Assembly (NCBI GenBank): GCA_964016885.1
Contig: OZ024740.1
Location: 327,174,001 to 327,238,000, forward strand
Direction: 5' to 3'
Source of the DNA: Eledone cirrhosa
Taxonomy: Eukaryota
Length of the DNA: 64,000 bases
The notes beneath the pieces were generated by a model that was not told where the DNA came from, searched no databases, and saw only the letters and a program-made list of their open reading frames with translations. Numbering within the stretch: the first letter of the stretch is position 1; every line of letters starts with the position of its first letter. The position numbers and the translations under genes were made by a program. Below, in pieces: positions 27,331-40,312 of the stretch.

Positions 27331-27947
27331 GTAAGTACACGATGACTATGTTTTTGGCATGACTCCAGACGATCACTGTAATTACTTAGATTTGAATGTG
27401 TAAATAATACAACACCGGATTCGAACTCTTAACATTTATTTCTAAATAAAAGAAATTTTAGCGTAGATGTATGTAGATGAATATAGAGCACATGCAGAAG
27501 AATAGGTATAATTGATAAGTTCGACCCCAGTTTTCATCTCAACTCAGTTACTACCCCTCACACTCTCCAGAGCTTTCGGCTTTGGGGGCCAGATCTCCAA
27601 ATTTTTGTTAAGCATGGTATTATTCGATGTATAATAACTGGGGCATATATTATTCACCCTTATATTATAACATAGACCGATGCACGAAAGCGTTAGATTC
27701 AAATTATAAACTGTTTTAATATTTCTGAAATGATGTTTTATACATATATACATTGCATACGTACATACATACATACACATACATATACATATATATATTT
27801 ATATATATATATGTATGTGTGTGTGTGGGTGTGTGTGTGTGTCTGTATATACATATATATATATATATATACATATACATACACCACACACACATACACA
27901 CATACATATATATATATATACACATGCACACACACACACACACACAC

Positions 27948-28008
<61 letters not shown>

Positions 28009-28409
28009 TGTGTGTGTGTATGTGTGTGTGTGTATGTATATGTATATATCTATATCCATAGGTATATGTGTGTGGGTGTTTATTTTGTGTATGTGCGTGT
28101 GTTTATACACACCTATGTATGTTGCGTGGATGAATGGATGGATGGATAGACAAATGAATATATTCATTTATACAAATATATGCATTTAAACAAAATATAT
28201 AGGCAAAAGTAAGCATATGTTTGGCGCATGATGTTGCATATGTTCATGCTTAGAATCGCTGAGAAAAGTGATGAAGCTCTTATGTTTTAGGGATATATTT
28301 ATTAGATTTAAATTCATTTCTCTCTTATCCGCCATCTTTCTTTTCATTCTATCTGTTCTCTTGTCACAATATGTCGATCGTTTTTCCCTTTCTATTTGGT
28401 TGTTTGCAG

Positions 28410-28453
28410 AAGATCAATGTCCATCACTTTGCTGGCCGTATTTTCCTTGTTAA
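28410..28453 (+). CDS. Candidate terminal exon, phase-compatible with 27144-27330
   Basis: Long pyrimidine tract, TTTGCAG|AA, giving (E)DQCPSLCWPYFPC-stop. Confidence 0.4.
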
Positions 28454-28802
28454 TTATATGGTTCTTAGTGGAAATCCGACTATTAAAATATATATTTCTA
28501 CAAAGCGTCAGGAAACATGACCCCTTTTTTCTTCCATTACTATTATCATATTGAATCATTGCATCTTATTGCTGCTGCTGTAGTTGTTGTTGTATTCATC
28601 ATCATTCTTTTTACATTCTTTCTCACGCGCAGCGCAAAATTATATGCATTATGGGTAATAGCTATGTATTCACTGTGGATGGATTACCTGATTTATTTTT
28701 TGTTTTTCATCATAAAATATATCTGCGTGTATGTTTGTCTACACACGCACACACTGATATACACGCATATATACACGCACAAAAACACCCCCACACACAC
28801 AA

Positions 28803-29655
<853 letters not shown>

Positions 29656-30199
29656 AGGGGTTGGAACAACCAGAGAGGGAAATTCAGTAAAAGAGAGAAA
29701 GACGACGAAGATGAGGTAAAGGAGAAATAACAGTTCAATAAAGAAAAAAGTAGAATTTATCATTATTCCAAGTTATTCAGTCAATATTATCATCACTCTA
29801 TACACCCCTACTATAATCACCATATTCAGCATCATTGTTATCAGCACTTCAAACATAAACCTAATGGTAGTAATAATCATTGTCGCCTCTCTTCTCTTTA
29901 TAACTATATAAATATGTTGTTTTTTACTGGCCACAGGGGCGCATGTGATGGGAACCAAACAGAGAAAAAAGTGAGGTTTACATCAAATAAAGATAAGGCA
30001 AAATCAACAAAAAGATTATACCTAATAATAATAATAGTAATACTAATAACAATAATAATATTAATGATGGTGGTGGCGGTGATGATGATGATGATGATGA
30101 TTATGATGATGATGATGATGATGAATACAAATTAAAAATATAAAATTCTTATAAAAGGAATAAAAATCTGCCTAGGTAAGGCTAAAGAAAACCTCACAT

Positions 30200-31945
30200 A
30201 AAATCCTGTATTAATTTGTCACTTCAAACGAATTGAAAATACCTTTTCCCCGGTTTCTTTTCTCCTCTTTAGAAAATCATAACCAGTGACGCCTATATGA
30301 AATGCAATAAAAGGTAGCACCCCTCTGTCTCCAATTTTTGCTTCAAGTGGTACATGAAGACATTCATGAGAGCTTGGTTGGAGAGGCAGATCCCTGTACT
30401 TTAATTGTTTCGATGTATTCATCTTAGCCACTAGAAAGAACATTTACAGTTCTTCTCTGCAAAAGTAGTAGGTCACTCCTACATGCCGTAGCAGCTATTC
30501 AACATAAGCTCACAAGTCTGCAATACCCTGACACTAGGCCCGGTTACATTACTCTGCGCGCATCTCGGTAAGTTCCGGTTGCTAACACTTCTGTGGCTTT
30601 GGATCATGTAATGCTCATCCATAGCACTGTCGTAATAAAGTCTTTTCATAACTTTTCATAAACCCCGACCTAAATGTCCTCCTGAAATGTCTACTCCGAC
30701 TGTCCTCGTCTAGTGCTAGTGTCGTTACCTAGTTATTGTCACTCTGACCTTCCAATAATCCTCTATAGAATGCAAGCATATGTATTGCAGTCACCGATCA
30801 CATTGTCCACCTGATATAGTGCGTGTGAGTCTGCCAGCATTCTGGATACCAGACGTTTAATCTCTGTCTGCAGAGAACTGTGTCTGGCTCCCGGAAACTC
30901 AGTTGCAAACAACACCCAAACATCTTAACTGGACTCTGAGACTTGCGACGAAACATTCTGTTGGCTAATATGGACTTCCTCACCAAGAACTAAGTTGAAC
31001 GCCTACATATTTGTCCAGATTAATGCATGCTCCCGTAACCTGTTCGTATTTTTCCAGTATAGCGCCAACCACCTTTACACCCGAAGTGTCCAGCAAGCGA
31101 TGACGTCTTCTGTGTCCGCAAACATGACTCTCAGGTGAACCAGCGCGTGTAGAGTGCTTGTTAAAGTTTCCATAATATGCTGCAAAGTTTCCAATGCCGA
31201 CACATAAAGAAGAGAGGAAATGGGGTAGCGTCCCACTCACTGGATCACAGTGACTAGAAATGACACCTGCATCCAGACGGGCATGTAGAACTAGAGCTCG
31301 TTAAGCTGATCACCCAGTCCCGGTGATTTGTCTCCCAGACAGCGGCTCAGCATGTCAGCAACTTAGTCTACCGAGGTTAGTTTTTCGTAGCACTTTCCCA
31401 AGAGTCCTGAATAGCAGCGGGCTGCCGAAGTCGGTATCGATGTTCAACCTTTCCAGTGAGTGGCGCCCCACGAAAAACTTGGCAAAGTGCTACTGGCAAA
31501 GTGTACACATCTGTTTAAGGTCAGGTAATACGCACGCGCTGCAATGTGTTGGGAAGCGGATTATGACTGTGATGTTACGCTGCACCTCTGCGACACGAGC
31601 CCACTGAGCGGCTATTGCGGCTTCGTCTTTCAACGCAAGAACCGCGCACTCATCATGTTTCCCGTTCAAGAATTGTACGAAGACCATTCCTGTCGTTAGC
31701 GCATCATTTGCAATTCCTTTTCCTTTTCCATAATCCCTTTTAAACAACTAACTAGTGCTTTGCTTACTATAACGTTTTCTCTAGCTATTTCTTCACTAAG
31801 CGATTCGGCTCTAATTTTCCTCTTTAGCAAAATTCATCTGTTGTTAATTATAGCCCTCACCAATTCTTGTTTGACTAGTTCGCTAATCTTGTTCCTGAAA
31901 TCTTCTAATGTAGACTAACACTAATGAGCGAGATGCTCCCAGAAC
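30200..31945 (-). mobile_element. Highly decayed Tx1-clade ORF2 fragments
   Basis: EKYEQVTGACINLDKYVGVQLSSW and KHDECAV...AAQWARVAEVQRN match ORF2 of the intact copy at 42895-46314. Boundaries approximate. Confidence 0.75.
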
Positions 31946-32949
31946 TATGATAATAATAATAGTTTCTGATTTAACAACAATAATAATAATGATAACAATA
32001 ATAATATTATTTTATTTACCACAAGATGGGGAAACCAAATATAAAACCGGTGAGTGTTTATGCAGAATCGATTATGGAAAAGAAACTGTTATGTAAAACA
32101 GAAGTATACAATTGTAATGCAATAGAAAGAATTGTATTTTAATTTTACAGCAAAATACAAATGCTGAACTCAAAAACAAAGAAAGCAATATTTTAACGAC
32201 TACAACTGCTGGTTTAGATACAGCGAAAAACAATGTTATCACAGACAGACACATACACCAATATGCAAATCGAAAAAAATGTTGACATCTTCGAATGTAA
32301 ATGGCATCTTTGCTGGTGTAGTAAACGTCATAGAATATTTGAATATTTAACTTTCCTCGAAAAAGGATTCAACATGGAGGAGAGACGTTGCAAAGAGCAG
32401 TATTTCTCTGCTACATGACTACATACAGGAAAAAAACAAAGAAACAATATTCACATGTTTCCTAAAAATGGATCTAACTGATGAGATTAGACTAGAATGC
32501 GTGCTCTTCCACGTTTTGTATGGAGTGACAAGTCTCGTTGGTTACAAAATCTAGTTGCTATCACACCCACCTCATCGTGGCATCGCAAAGTAATTGCTAA
32601 TCGTGAGCAGATATATGCTACACCTAACGCACCTACGGAATTACCGCGAATACTGCGACGTTGATGACCACGAAAGTGAAGCACAACCAGTGTTGTGCCT
32701 TACAGTTTTGGGGTAAAGCGCAGACCAAGGTTGGGCATCAGACATCTAGAGTGCTACTAGGTATAATGACACTTTATCAGCTGAACAGCGATTGGGTGAC
32801 TAGAAAATAACACTTGCTTTCTATAGAGGTTTAGTGGAAGTTATGAGCGACGATAGCCTAGAATCAGCTCTGAGCGTTGACGAAGACAATCTTAACAGCC
32901 TCCTGGCATGGAAGTGTTATATATGATCCACACAAGCTCAAAATAAGCT

Positions 32950-33640
32950 CTACTGTAACGGAAGTGCCAACAGCTGAACAGTGTGACGAAACCGTCCCTT
33001 CGTTCGTGCTTTCCAGATTTTTAGGCGTCTGTCGAATAATTGCAATCCCATGTAGGATAGATCCGACAATCGCTCAGATCTATTCTCAAAATTGAGCCAT
33101 TACCATCCATTAGAAGGGACGCGGTGACAAAAGAAGCAGTACGGTGGACACGTCTAAAAAGGTTTTTGGGTAGGAACCTTCTTCTCTGATCAAGCCCTCA
33201 TCAACGCCTTCAAGTATCACTTGAAGAGAAATGTGAGGGTAAAGTGTATGTTTACCCTTGTTTTCTAGCGTGTTTTATGACTGATGGGTGGGACCGGTAA
33301 GATAGCAAGGCTGAATGTACCTATTCTGACTATGCGTTTTTAAGCAGAAGGAAAGAAACGGGGAGAGGGTGCTTTCAATGTCCATAGGGCGACAGTGTAA
33401 CCCGGGATTCTGTGTCGAGATATCCATGGAGTTACCCTTAAATGTGCTACTTCTCAATCGAAGAACTGTTCCTAGATAATATTTTATTTTGTGATGACTA
33501 TTTATTACAATTACTGTAATTGCTATACACACTGTTTTCTCTTCGTTGACGACATTTTCCTCCACTTGATGAGGACCCCACTCTGTGTTGGTTTTAGTAT
33601 TGTATTCTCCTCTATGACCAATAAAATATATTATTATTAT
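32950..33640 (+). mobile_element. Decayed Tx1 3' fragment
   Basis: EQCDETV and DQALINAFKYHLKRNVRV resemble the ORF2 C-terminus. Ends CCAATAAAATAT(ATT)n. Confidence 0.6.
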
Positions 33641-35224
33641 TATCATTATTTTAGTTATATTCGATGTATGAACGATATTTATGGTTTACTGAATGACAAT
33701 GTTTTTTTTTCCCTTTTAGAATATTTTGCTGACTGTGGACTTACTAACATCGGGACATCCATAAAAATAATGGGGATAAATGTAAAGTCTTTTTATTCGG
33801 ACATTAATTCTTGTTTACATAGAGTCTGAAAAGATGTTGAGGCGAGGTACAGCGAGAGGTATGAATAAAAGAGGAAGTAGCACAAAAGACTGAATCAAAA
33901 CAAACTACAGCTATATTCGCTAAAGATACGAGAACTAGTTTATAAAAAAGCAATCGATGTTTTGAGAAAGACAAACAAACAAAACTTATATCAAAACAAA
34001 CATTCGAAAACATAGATAATGATAACCACAGTCATATGTCCGAAAATGATAATAACAGCAATATTAACAACAACAATATACACACGTACACTCACACACT
34101 TTCACATTAACACACAGACACAAACGCGATTCACCAACGTAGCATCCAATATTAAATGTTTAGACTTGGTAAAAACAAATACCGAAACAGACCAGTGGTT
34201 ACACTGTATTCAAAATAATTGTATCTCCTTATCTAAAGAATATATTCAGAATCGGACAAAGAGGAAACTGAGTTGGGATTTTGTATGCTTCAAAAATGAA
34301 ATTAAAGAAGCGCTATCCGATGTCTACACTAACATTTAATCATAGAAAGCAGAGCTCAAGGGATCATCTTCTTAATTTTCGGGAATGGGGAGGAGGGAAA
34401 GCGACAAGCAGAAATAATACGCAAAAACTTCTACTCACATGTTTGTAACCAAGTACACTGGGACGTGCAATACAAAGGTAGCTCCCAGAGGCAAAGCAAA
34501 TGATAGGAAAAACTGGATCATAGCTGCCTTTATTAAACAATATAGGAATCTAATAAGTGCAAAAGTAATGAGAAATGTTATGTGATCGGAAGGGGTAAAA
34601 ATGGACTTACAATTACATATGTCTCTCCAGCACCACAAGGCCCGTTATAGGAGTAGAGTTTGTGCAGGAAAAAAGCACAGTTGTTACACTTGTAGCAGCA
34701 AAATCCACTTGAATGTCTTCTGCTATGAGGCACAGGAAATAAAACCAACTAATTAGCATGTTCCTGTAATACCATTAATTACACCTCCAATTCCGGGAAA
34801 TTGACTTCCTCCTCAATTCCTGAAGTGGATGGATGATGCTGAGGTGCCTCATAATCTTGAGGTAACCCCGAAACCTGAGTTAACTCCTAATCCTGAGGGG
34901 AAAGATACTGAACTTCCTTATCATAAGAGCACCAAAAATCCATTCATAATGACGATGATAAAAAATGCAGGTTGAAGAAGGCTGGCAGACTGTTGTAATA
35001 GGAGTCAAAGTTTAAAAAAAAAATAGACATCAAGCAGTTTAATTCCCTGAAATACACGCTTGTCAGCACTAACAATGTTGGGTTTCTTAACAAAATGTAC
35101 GAATTGGAGGAAGAAAATCCACGCAATATGTGGACGAACAAAAGATTGCTACTAAGAGCTTTCGAACGATAGATGTTTACTGTAACAACAAAAGAAATAT
35201 ATGAAGAAATTGCTCTCTAGATAC

Positions 35225-35600
35225 GTTATAGACCTTTTGTTCTTATTTTGTATGATAGTTTCTGATTGATTAGCCCTCTTCCTCCATCTTGTCTTGGCAA
35301 ATATAAATGATCAACATTTACCTTGGGGTGATACATTTTGTCGGCTGTTAGGAGTTTGCGAGTTTTGGAATCCATTCTTTGAAGATCAGATAATTTACAA
35401 TTGATATAATTGTATCTTTGGTACCTTTGGTACAACTAAAGTGTTTATAGCCTGAAAATGGTTTTTAGAATTTTATTCAGTTTTCAGGATCAGCCTGTTA
35501 TATTCTCCTTCAATTGATTATGTATAATTCGATCACCTTTGTTTATGCCACGATATTTATAGGTGCCTTCTGGGTCTAACTTCTGTATCTATATCGAGTT
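35225..35600 (-). mobile_element. Decayed R4/Dong-like fragment
   Basis: DLQRMDSKTRKLLTADKMYHPKVNVDHLYLPRQDGGRGLI matches the post-RT motif in the 49.7 and 51.7 kb elements. Confidence 0.8.
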
Positions 35601-35639
35601 TAACAGATGCTGTCGTTATTATAATTTTATTATTATTCA

Positions 35640-35850
35640 GTATCGGTAGAGCGTCTGGCACCATGCTTTGTAGCATTGAGTTATAGCCCTTTACGTTCTG
35701 AGTTCAATTCCCACCATGGTTAGCTTTGTCTTTTATCCTTACGGGGTCGATAAAATAAAGCACCAGTAATGCACTGAGGTCGATTTAGTCGACTTTCCCC
35801 TTCCCTTCAAATTGCTGGCCTTGTGCCAAATATAGAAACCATTATTATTA
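35640..35850 (+). mobile_element. SINE copy
   Basis: CAGTATCGGTAGAGCG...GTTCAATTCCC...GGGGTCGATAAAATAAAG...GGCCTTGTGCCAAATATAGAAACC(ATT)n. Confidence 0.9.
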
Positions 35851-35867
35851 TCATCAGTTATTTCTAC

Positions 35868-36090
35868 TTGTTTCTACTTTAGGCACAAGGCCACCAATTA
35901 CCCAGTGCATTACTGGTACTTTATTTTATCGACCCCGTAAGGGTGAAAGGCCAAGTCAACCTCGGCGGGATTTGATCTGAGTTCAAATCCCGCCGAGGTT
36001 GACTTTGCCTTTCATCCTTATGGGGTCGATAAAATAAAGTACCAGTAATGCACTGGGTAATTGCTGGCCTTGTGCCTAAAGTAGAAACAA
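35868..36090. mobile_element. Head-to-head pair of 5'-truncated SINEs forming a ~108-bp-arm palindrome
   Basis: ...CCTCGGCGGGATTTGA TCTGAGT TCAAATCCCGCCGAGG... Confidence 0.92.
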
Positions 36091-36110
36091 TTATTATTAT
36101 TATCAGTAGT

Positions 36111-36562
36111 TATTGGAGGAATATGAAAGGTTGACGGGAGCAAAATTTAATCCGGAAAAGTTGGTGAGCTTGCAACTCGGCACCTGGAGAGGCAAGTCCA
36201 TGCCGTCCAACAGCGTCGTTAGGCGCTGGACAGACGGACCGGTAAAGTTGCTCGGGGTTTGGTTCGGGCCAGACCTCCAGGTGGACAAGAATTGGGACGA
36301 GGTGACGGGCAGGGTAGCCAGTCTCACCCAGAAATGGGCTGGGATGAAGCTATCACTGAAAGGTCGGGCGGAGGTGGCGAACACGTACATCGCGTCCGTC
36401 ATCTACTACCGTCTGACCGTCGTCCCTTGCCCCCGTTCGCGCCTCGCCATCTTGGAGCGGCTCCTCTTCAAATTCTTGTGGAGGGGTCAGGTTCCGCTGG
36501 TGAGGCGGTCCATCTGCTCTCAGCACCCTCTACGTGGAGGGCTGGGCATGCCGTGGCTAATG

Positions 36563-36564
<2 letters not shown>
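36111..36564 (+). mobile_element. Left part of the outer, 5'-truncated Tx1 element
   Basis: Encodes LEEYERLTGAK...GGLGMPWLM, nearly identical to ORF2 at 42895-46314. Preceded by TSD ATTATCAGTAGT (36099-36110). Confidence 0.92.
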
Positions 36565-36602
<38 letters not shown>

Positions 36603-36862
36603 TTTCTTTATTAACCACAAGGGTTTACATAAAGTAGACATTAAGGACAGTGCAGGACAATGCAGGACGGTACAAATGGGCATTTCTGCGTGTAAAAAAA
36701 GAAAAACAGAGGATGTAACAAAAATAACAATGAAAATAACAATGAAAAATTCCCCAATAGGGGGGAGACTTCAGAGGGACATTTGTGGAGAAAGCCCAGT
36801 AAAAAGCCACAATGACCCTGCCCACCTAGGCAAGTGCCCTCTCCCAGTTTTCCACCTTTAGT

Positions 36863-39800
36863 TTACAGATATATGCTCAGAGTCGGCCCATTCACTCGGG
36901 CCATTCTTGCTTCTCTCACCCATCTTTCAACAAAATGCTGGGAAGAGAGCACTTCCTTCTCTACTCTGATTTTCCTTTTCAAATGAAATTTGAAAAAGTC
37001 AATCAGAGCATCACCGAAGAGGTAAGTGCTCGTCTTCAGCCCTTTCAAACGTGTCCACCATACTATCTCTTTCGCCATGGCCACCAGACAGATAAAAACT
37101 GCCTGCCCTTCCCGGCTAAAGGAGGAGGGCGGGGCAATCCTCACGATAGACTCAGATGATAGCTGGATCCGTCCTAAACGCGACAGCAGGTGTTCGACAT
37201 AAACCCACAAGTCAGCAATTTTCGGACACTGGACGAGTGCGTGCAGGACGGTTTCGTCGCCCTGCGCGCATCTCGGACATGCCCGGCTGACGGCACCTCC
37301 ATGCCTGTAGAGTTTATCCCGAACTGGCAAGGCTCCTCGGTAGCACTGCCAGGCCAGAGATTTCTGGAAGTTGTCCATAGGCCCTGGCCCGAAAGTTCTT
37401 CCGAAGAGATTGGCTAGTTGATTTTCGTCGACGCCTAGAGTTTCCCCAAGTACGTCGTCGCTCTTCCCCTCCACTAATCCTCTATAGAACGCCGAGGTGG
37501 AGTTTCCACCGATCACATTGCCCGATTGGTCGAGGGCTGTGAGCGCCTGAAGACATTCCAGTCTCCAGGCGCTCCCTCTCGGTCTTCGCTTGATCCAGGA
37601 CTGCAGCTCCGTCAAGGAAACGAGCTGGGGAAAAACGCGTCTAGCAAACGGCGACCACACCTGATCACCGTCGAGGAAGAGGTGGAGATGTCGTAGCCTG
37701 AGCGCGTGCCTGCGCATCATCAGCAACGGCATGCCCAGCCCTCCACGTAGCGGGTGTTGACAACAGATGGACCGCCTGACCATCGGAGCACGTCCCTTCC
37801 ACAAAAAGCGAAAGAGCAAACGCTCCAGCGCAGTCAGGCGAGGCTTAGGACAAGGTACGACGGTTAGGCGGTAGCAGATGACAGACGCGATGTACGCGTT
37901 AGCCACCTCCGCTCGACCTTTCAGTGATAGCTTCCTCTCCGCCCATTTCTGGGTGAGAGAAGCCACCCTGCTCGTCACCTCGTCCCAGTTTTTGTCCGTC
38001 TGGAGGTCCGGACCGAACCAGACCCCTAGCAATTTAACCGGTCCGTCCGTCCAGCGCCCGACGACGCTGTTGGACGGCATGGACCTGCCTCTCCAGGTGC
38101 CGAGCTGCAGGCCCACTGACTTTTCCTGGTTGATCATTGCTCCTGTCACCGCTTCGTATTCTCTTAGTGCCGATCGCCTCGATGTGTTTGGCGTTCGACA
38201 CCACTACGGTGACATCGTCCGCATATGCTGACACGGATCTTCCGCATCCTAGTTCGCGCGGGACTCCCCTCAACGTCTCCAGTTTGTGCAGTAATGGCTC
38301 GAGCGTCAATACGTACAAGAGGGACGAGAGGGGACATCCTTGGCGGACCGAGCGCATGATGTTGAACGGTTCCGACAGGTGACCGTTTACTCTCACCACA
38401 GAGCAGATGTCGCTGTGCATGGCAGCGATCCAGCCTCTGAAGACGGGCCCAAAGCCAGCCGCCCTCAGGACTGCCGCTAGGTAACGATGGTCGACCCTAT
38501 CGAAAGCTTTCGACTGATCTAAATTGATCAAGGACCCACCCGTGCCAGGTTCCCTAGCTACCCTCTCTACGATGTATCGCATGAGGTGGAGGTTGTCGTG
38601 GATGGATCTGTCGGGAATGGCGCATGTCTGCGCCTCTCCCACCAGACCACTAACGACAAGCGCCAACCTCTTTGCTAGCACCTTGGCCAAAATCTTAAAC
38701 TCTGTGTTTAGCAGAGTTATGGGCCGGAAATTGTCTATGTTATCCCCCTTGTTCGGATCCTTTCTCAGCAGTGCCACCGCTCCTCGGCTCACAGAACTGG
38801 GAATTCTCCCGTTCTGTTGCCAGTTGCAGTAGACGTCCGCCAAGAGGCCTCCGAACAAGTCTGGCATCTGTACGTAAAGTTCATAGGGCAGACCATCCAA
38901 ACCAGGCGATTTACCCCTTGTGCAGCCAGTCATTGCCTCCCGTACTTCAGCGGCTGTTATCGACTTTTCGCAACACTTCGCCTCAGTGGCCGAGAGCCGC
39001 GGCAGTCCGTCGAGGTAGACACTAAAGTCCATCCCTCTACCCGGCCCCCCGCTGCCCCCGAACAGCTGAGCGAAGTGTCGCTGGAAAGCTTCACACATTT
39101 GCCCGGGATCGAGTAGCATGCGCCCGTCGTGGTCCACCAAAGACCGGATCGTGGCTTTGTTGCCACGACGCGCCTCCGCCACTCGGGCCCATTGAACGGC
39201 TTTCGTCCCCTCGTGTCTGAGAGCACGCACCCTAGCTCTGACAACGCAGCCTTCGTGCTTTGCATTGAAGAATTGGTCAAGGGCCAATTTCGCCGCAAGC
39301 ACGTCGGTCGCAATGCCTTTGCTAAGCGCCTCGTCTAATTTTCTAACTAGTTCTCCCTCTGCTCTATTTTTCTCTATTGCTAAAGCCTTACTAAACCTAA
39401 TCGATTCTATTCTAATCGCTCTTTTCAGAGCAAACCACCACTTGTTGTTGACGATGGCCCCCGTCAACGCCCGCTTAACTAGTTCGCTAATCCGGTCTCT
39501 GTAGGCCTTGCGCGCTGGTAAGGACGCGTTTAGCTTCCAGTAGCCGGGTCCTCGTCTATGAAGCCTATCTAAGTCAAGCACACAGGTCACGAATTTGTGG
39601 TCCGTGTAGCTGACTATCTTGAATTGTGGACAGCCTATGCTAGACCTATCTATTTCCCTACAAAATACTCTATCTAGATATGATCTGGATGACCCTATGC
39701 GGTTTGTCCAAGTCCACATTGGCACATTCGGGAAATCCAATCGGTACCTGTCAGACAGTTCAAAACGCCTGAGCAGGTTGGTGAGGCTCTTGCACCCTCC

Positions 39801-40277
39801 ACCCCTATCCGCTAATCCCACACAGTCCCAGCGTGCATCTAAGATCCCGTTCCAGTCGCCCACTAACACTAAAGAGCGGGACGTTCCAAGAAAGGTCTCC
39901 AGACGCCGGAAGAAATCAGGCCGCCCTGCTCCTGTCGGGGCATAGACGGCCACTAGCCTGAAAGCTTGCCCGTCTCCGCTGGTCACGTCCAGCACCACCA
40001 GCTTACCCTCTGGGTCCAGGAAGATGGCCCGTATGGCGAGATCCAAACCTCTCCGAAAAAGCACAGCAACTCCTCCACCCGATCCAGGACGGCTGGGAGA
40101 TGCGTACACATCGTAGCCGCCGAAGATCGGTGCGAAGGCCCGTGCTTCGGAGATTCTGGTCTCGCTGATGGCCACTACATCTATGTTTAGTGACCTGAGG
40201 TCGTTGAGCAGGTGACCCTGCTTCCATGACGACCCCAAGCCACGCGCATTTATGCTGCCTATTCTGAGTGAGGTCAT
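36863..40277 (-). pseudogene. Tx1-A ORF2 (APE endonuclease + RT + C-terminal zinc motif) with one frameshift near 38160
   Basis: SINARGL, ISET, GDWN, SYLDR, TDH (APE); PGLDG, FRPITLLN, KAFDRV, QGCPLS, YADD (RT); CPRC...HALVQC. Split into 747-aa and 428-aa frames. Confidence 0.93.
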
Positions 40278-40312
40278 GTTTAAAATAGAGTGGAAAAGAT
40301 GGGAAAGACCAC

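Noticed and set aside
34630-34730. Cys/His-rich frame resembling a piggyBac C-terminus
   Set aside because: Too short and degenerate. No TIR, TTAA TSD or catalytic motif was found.
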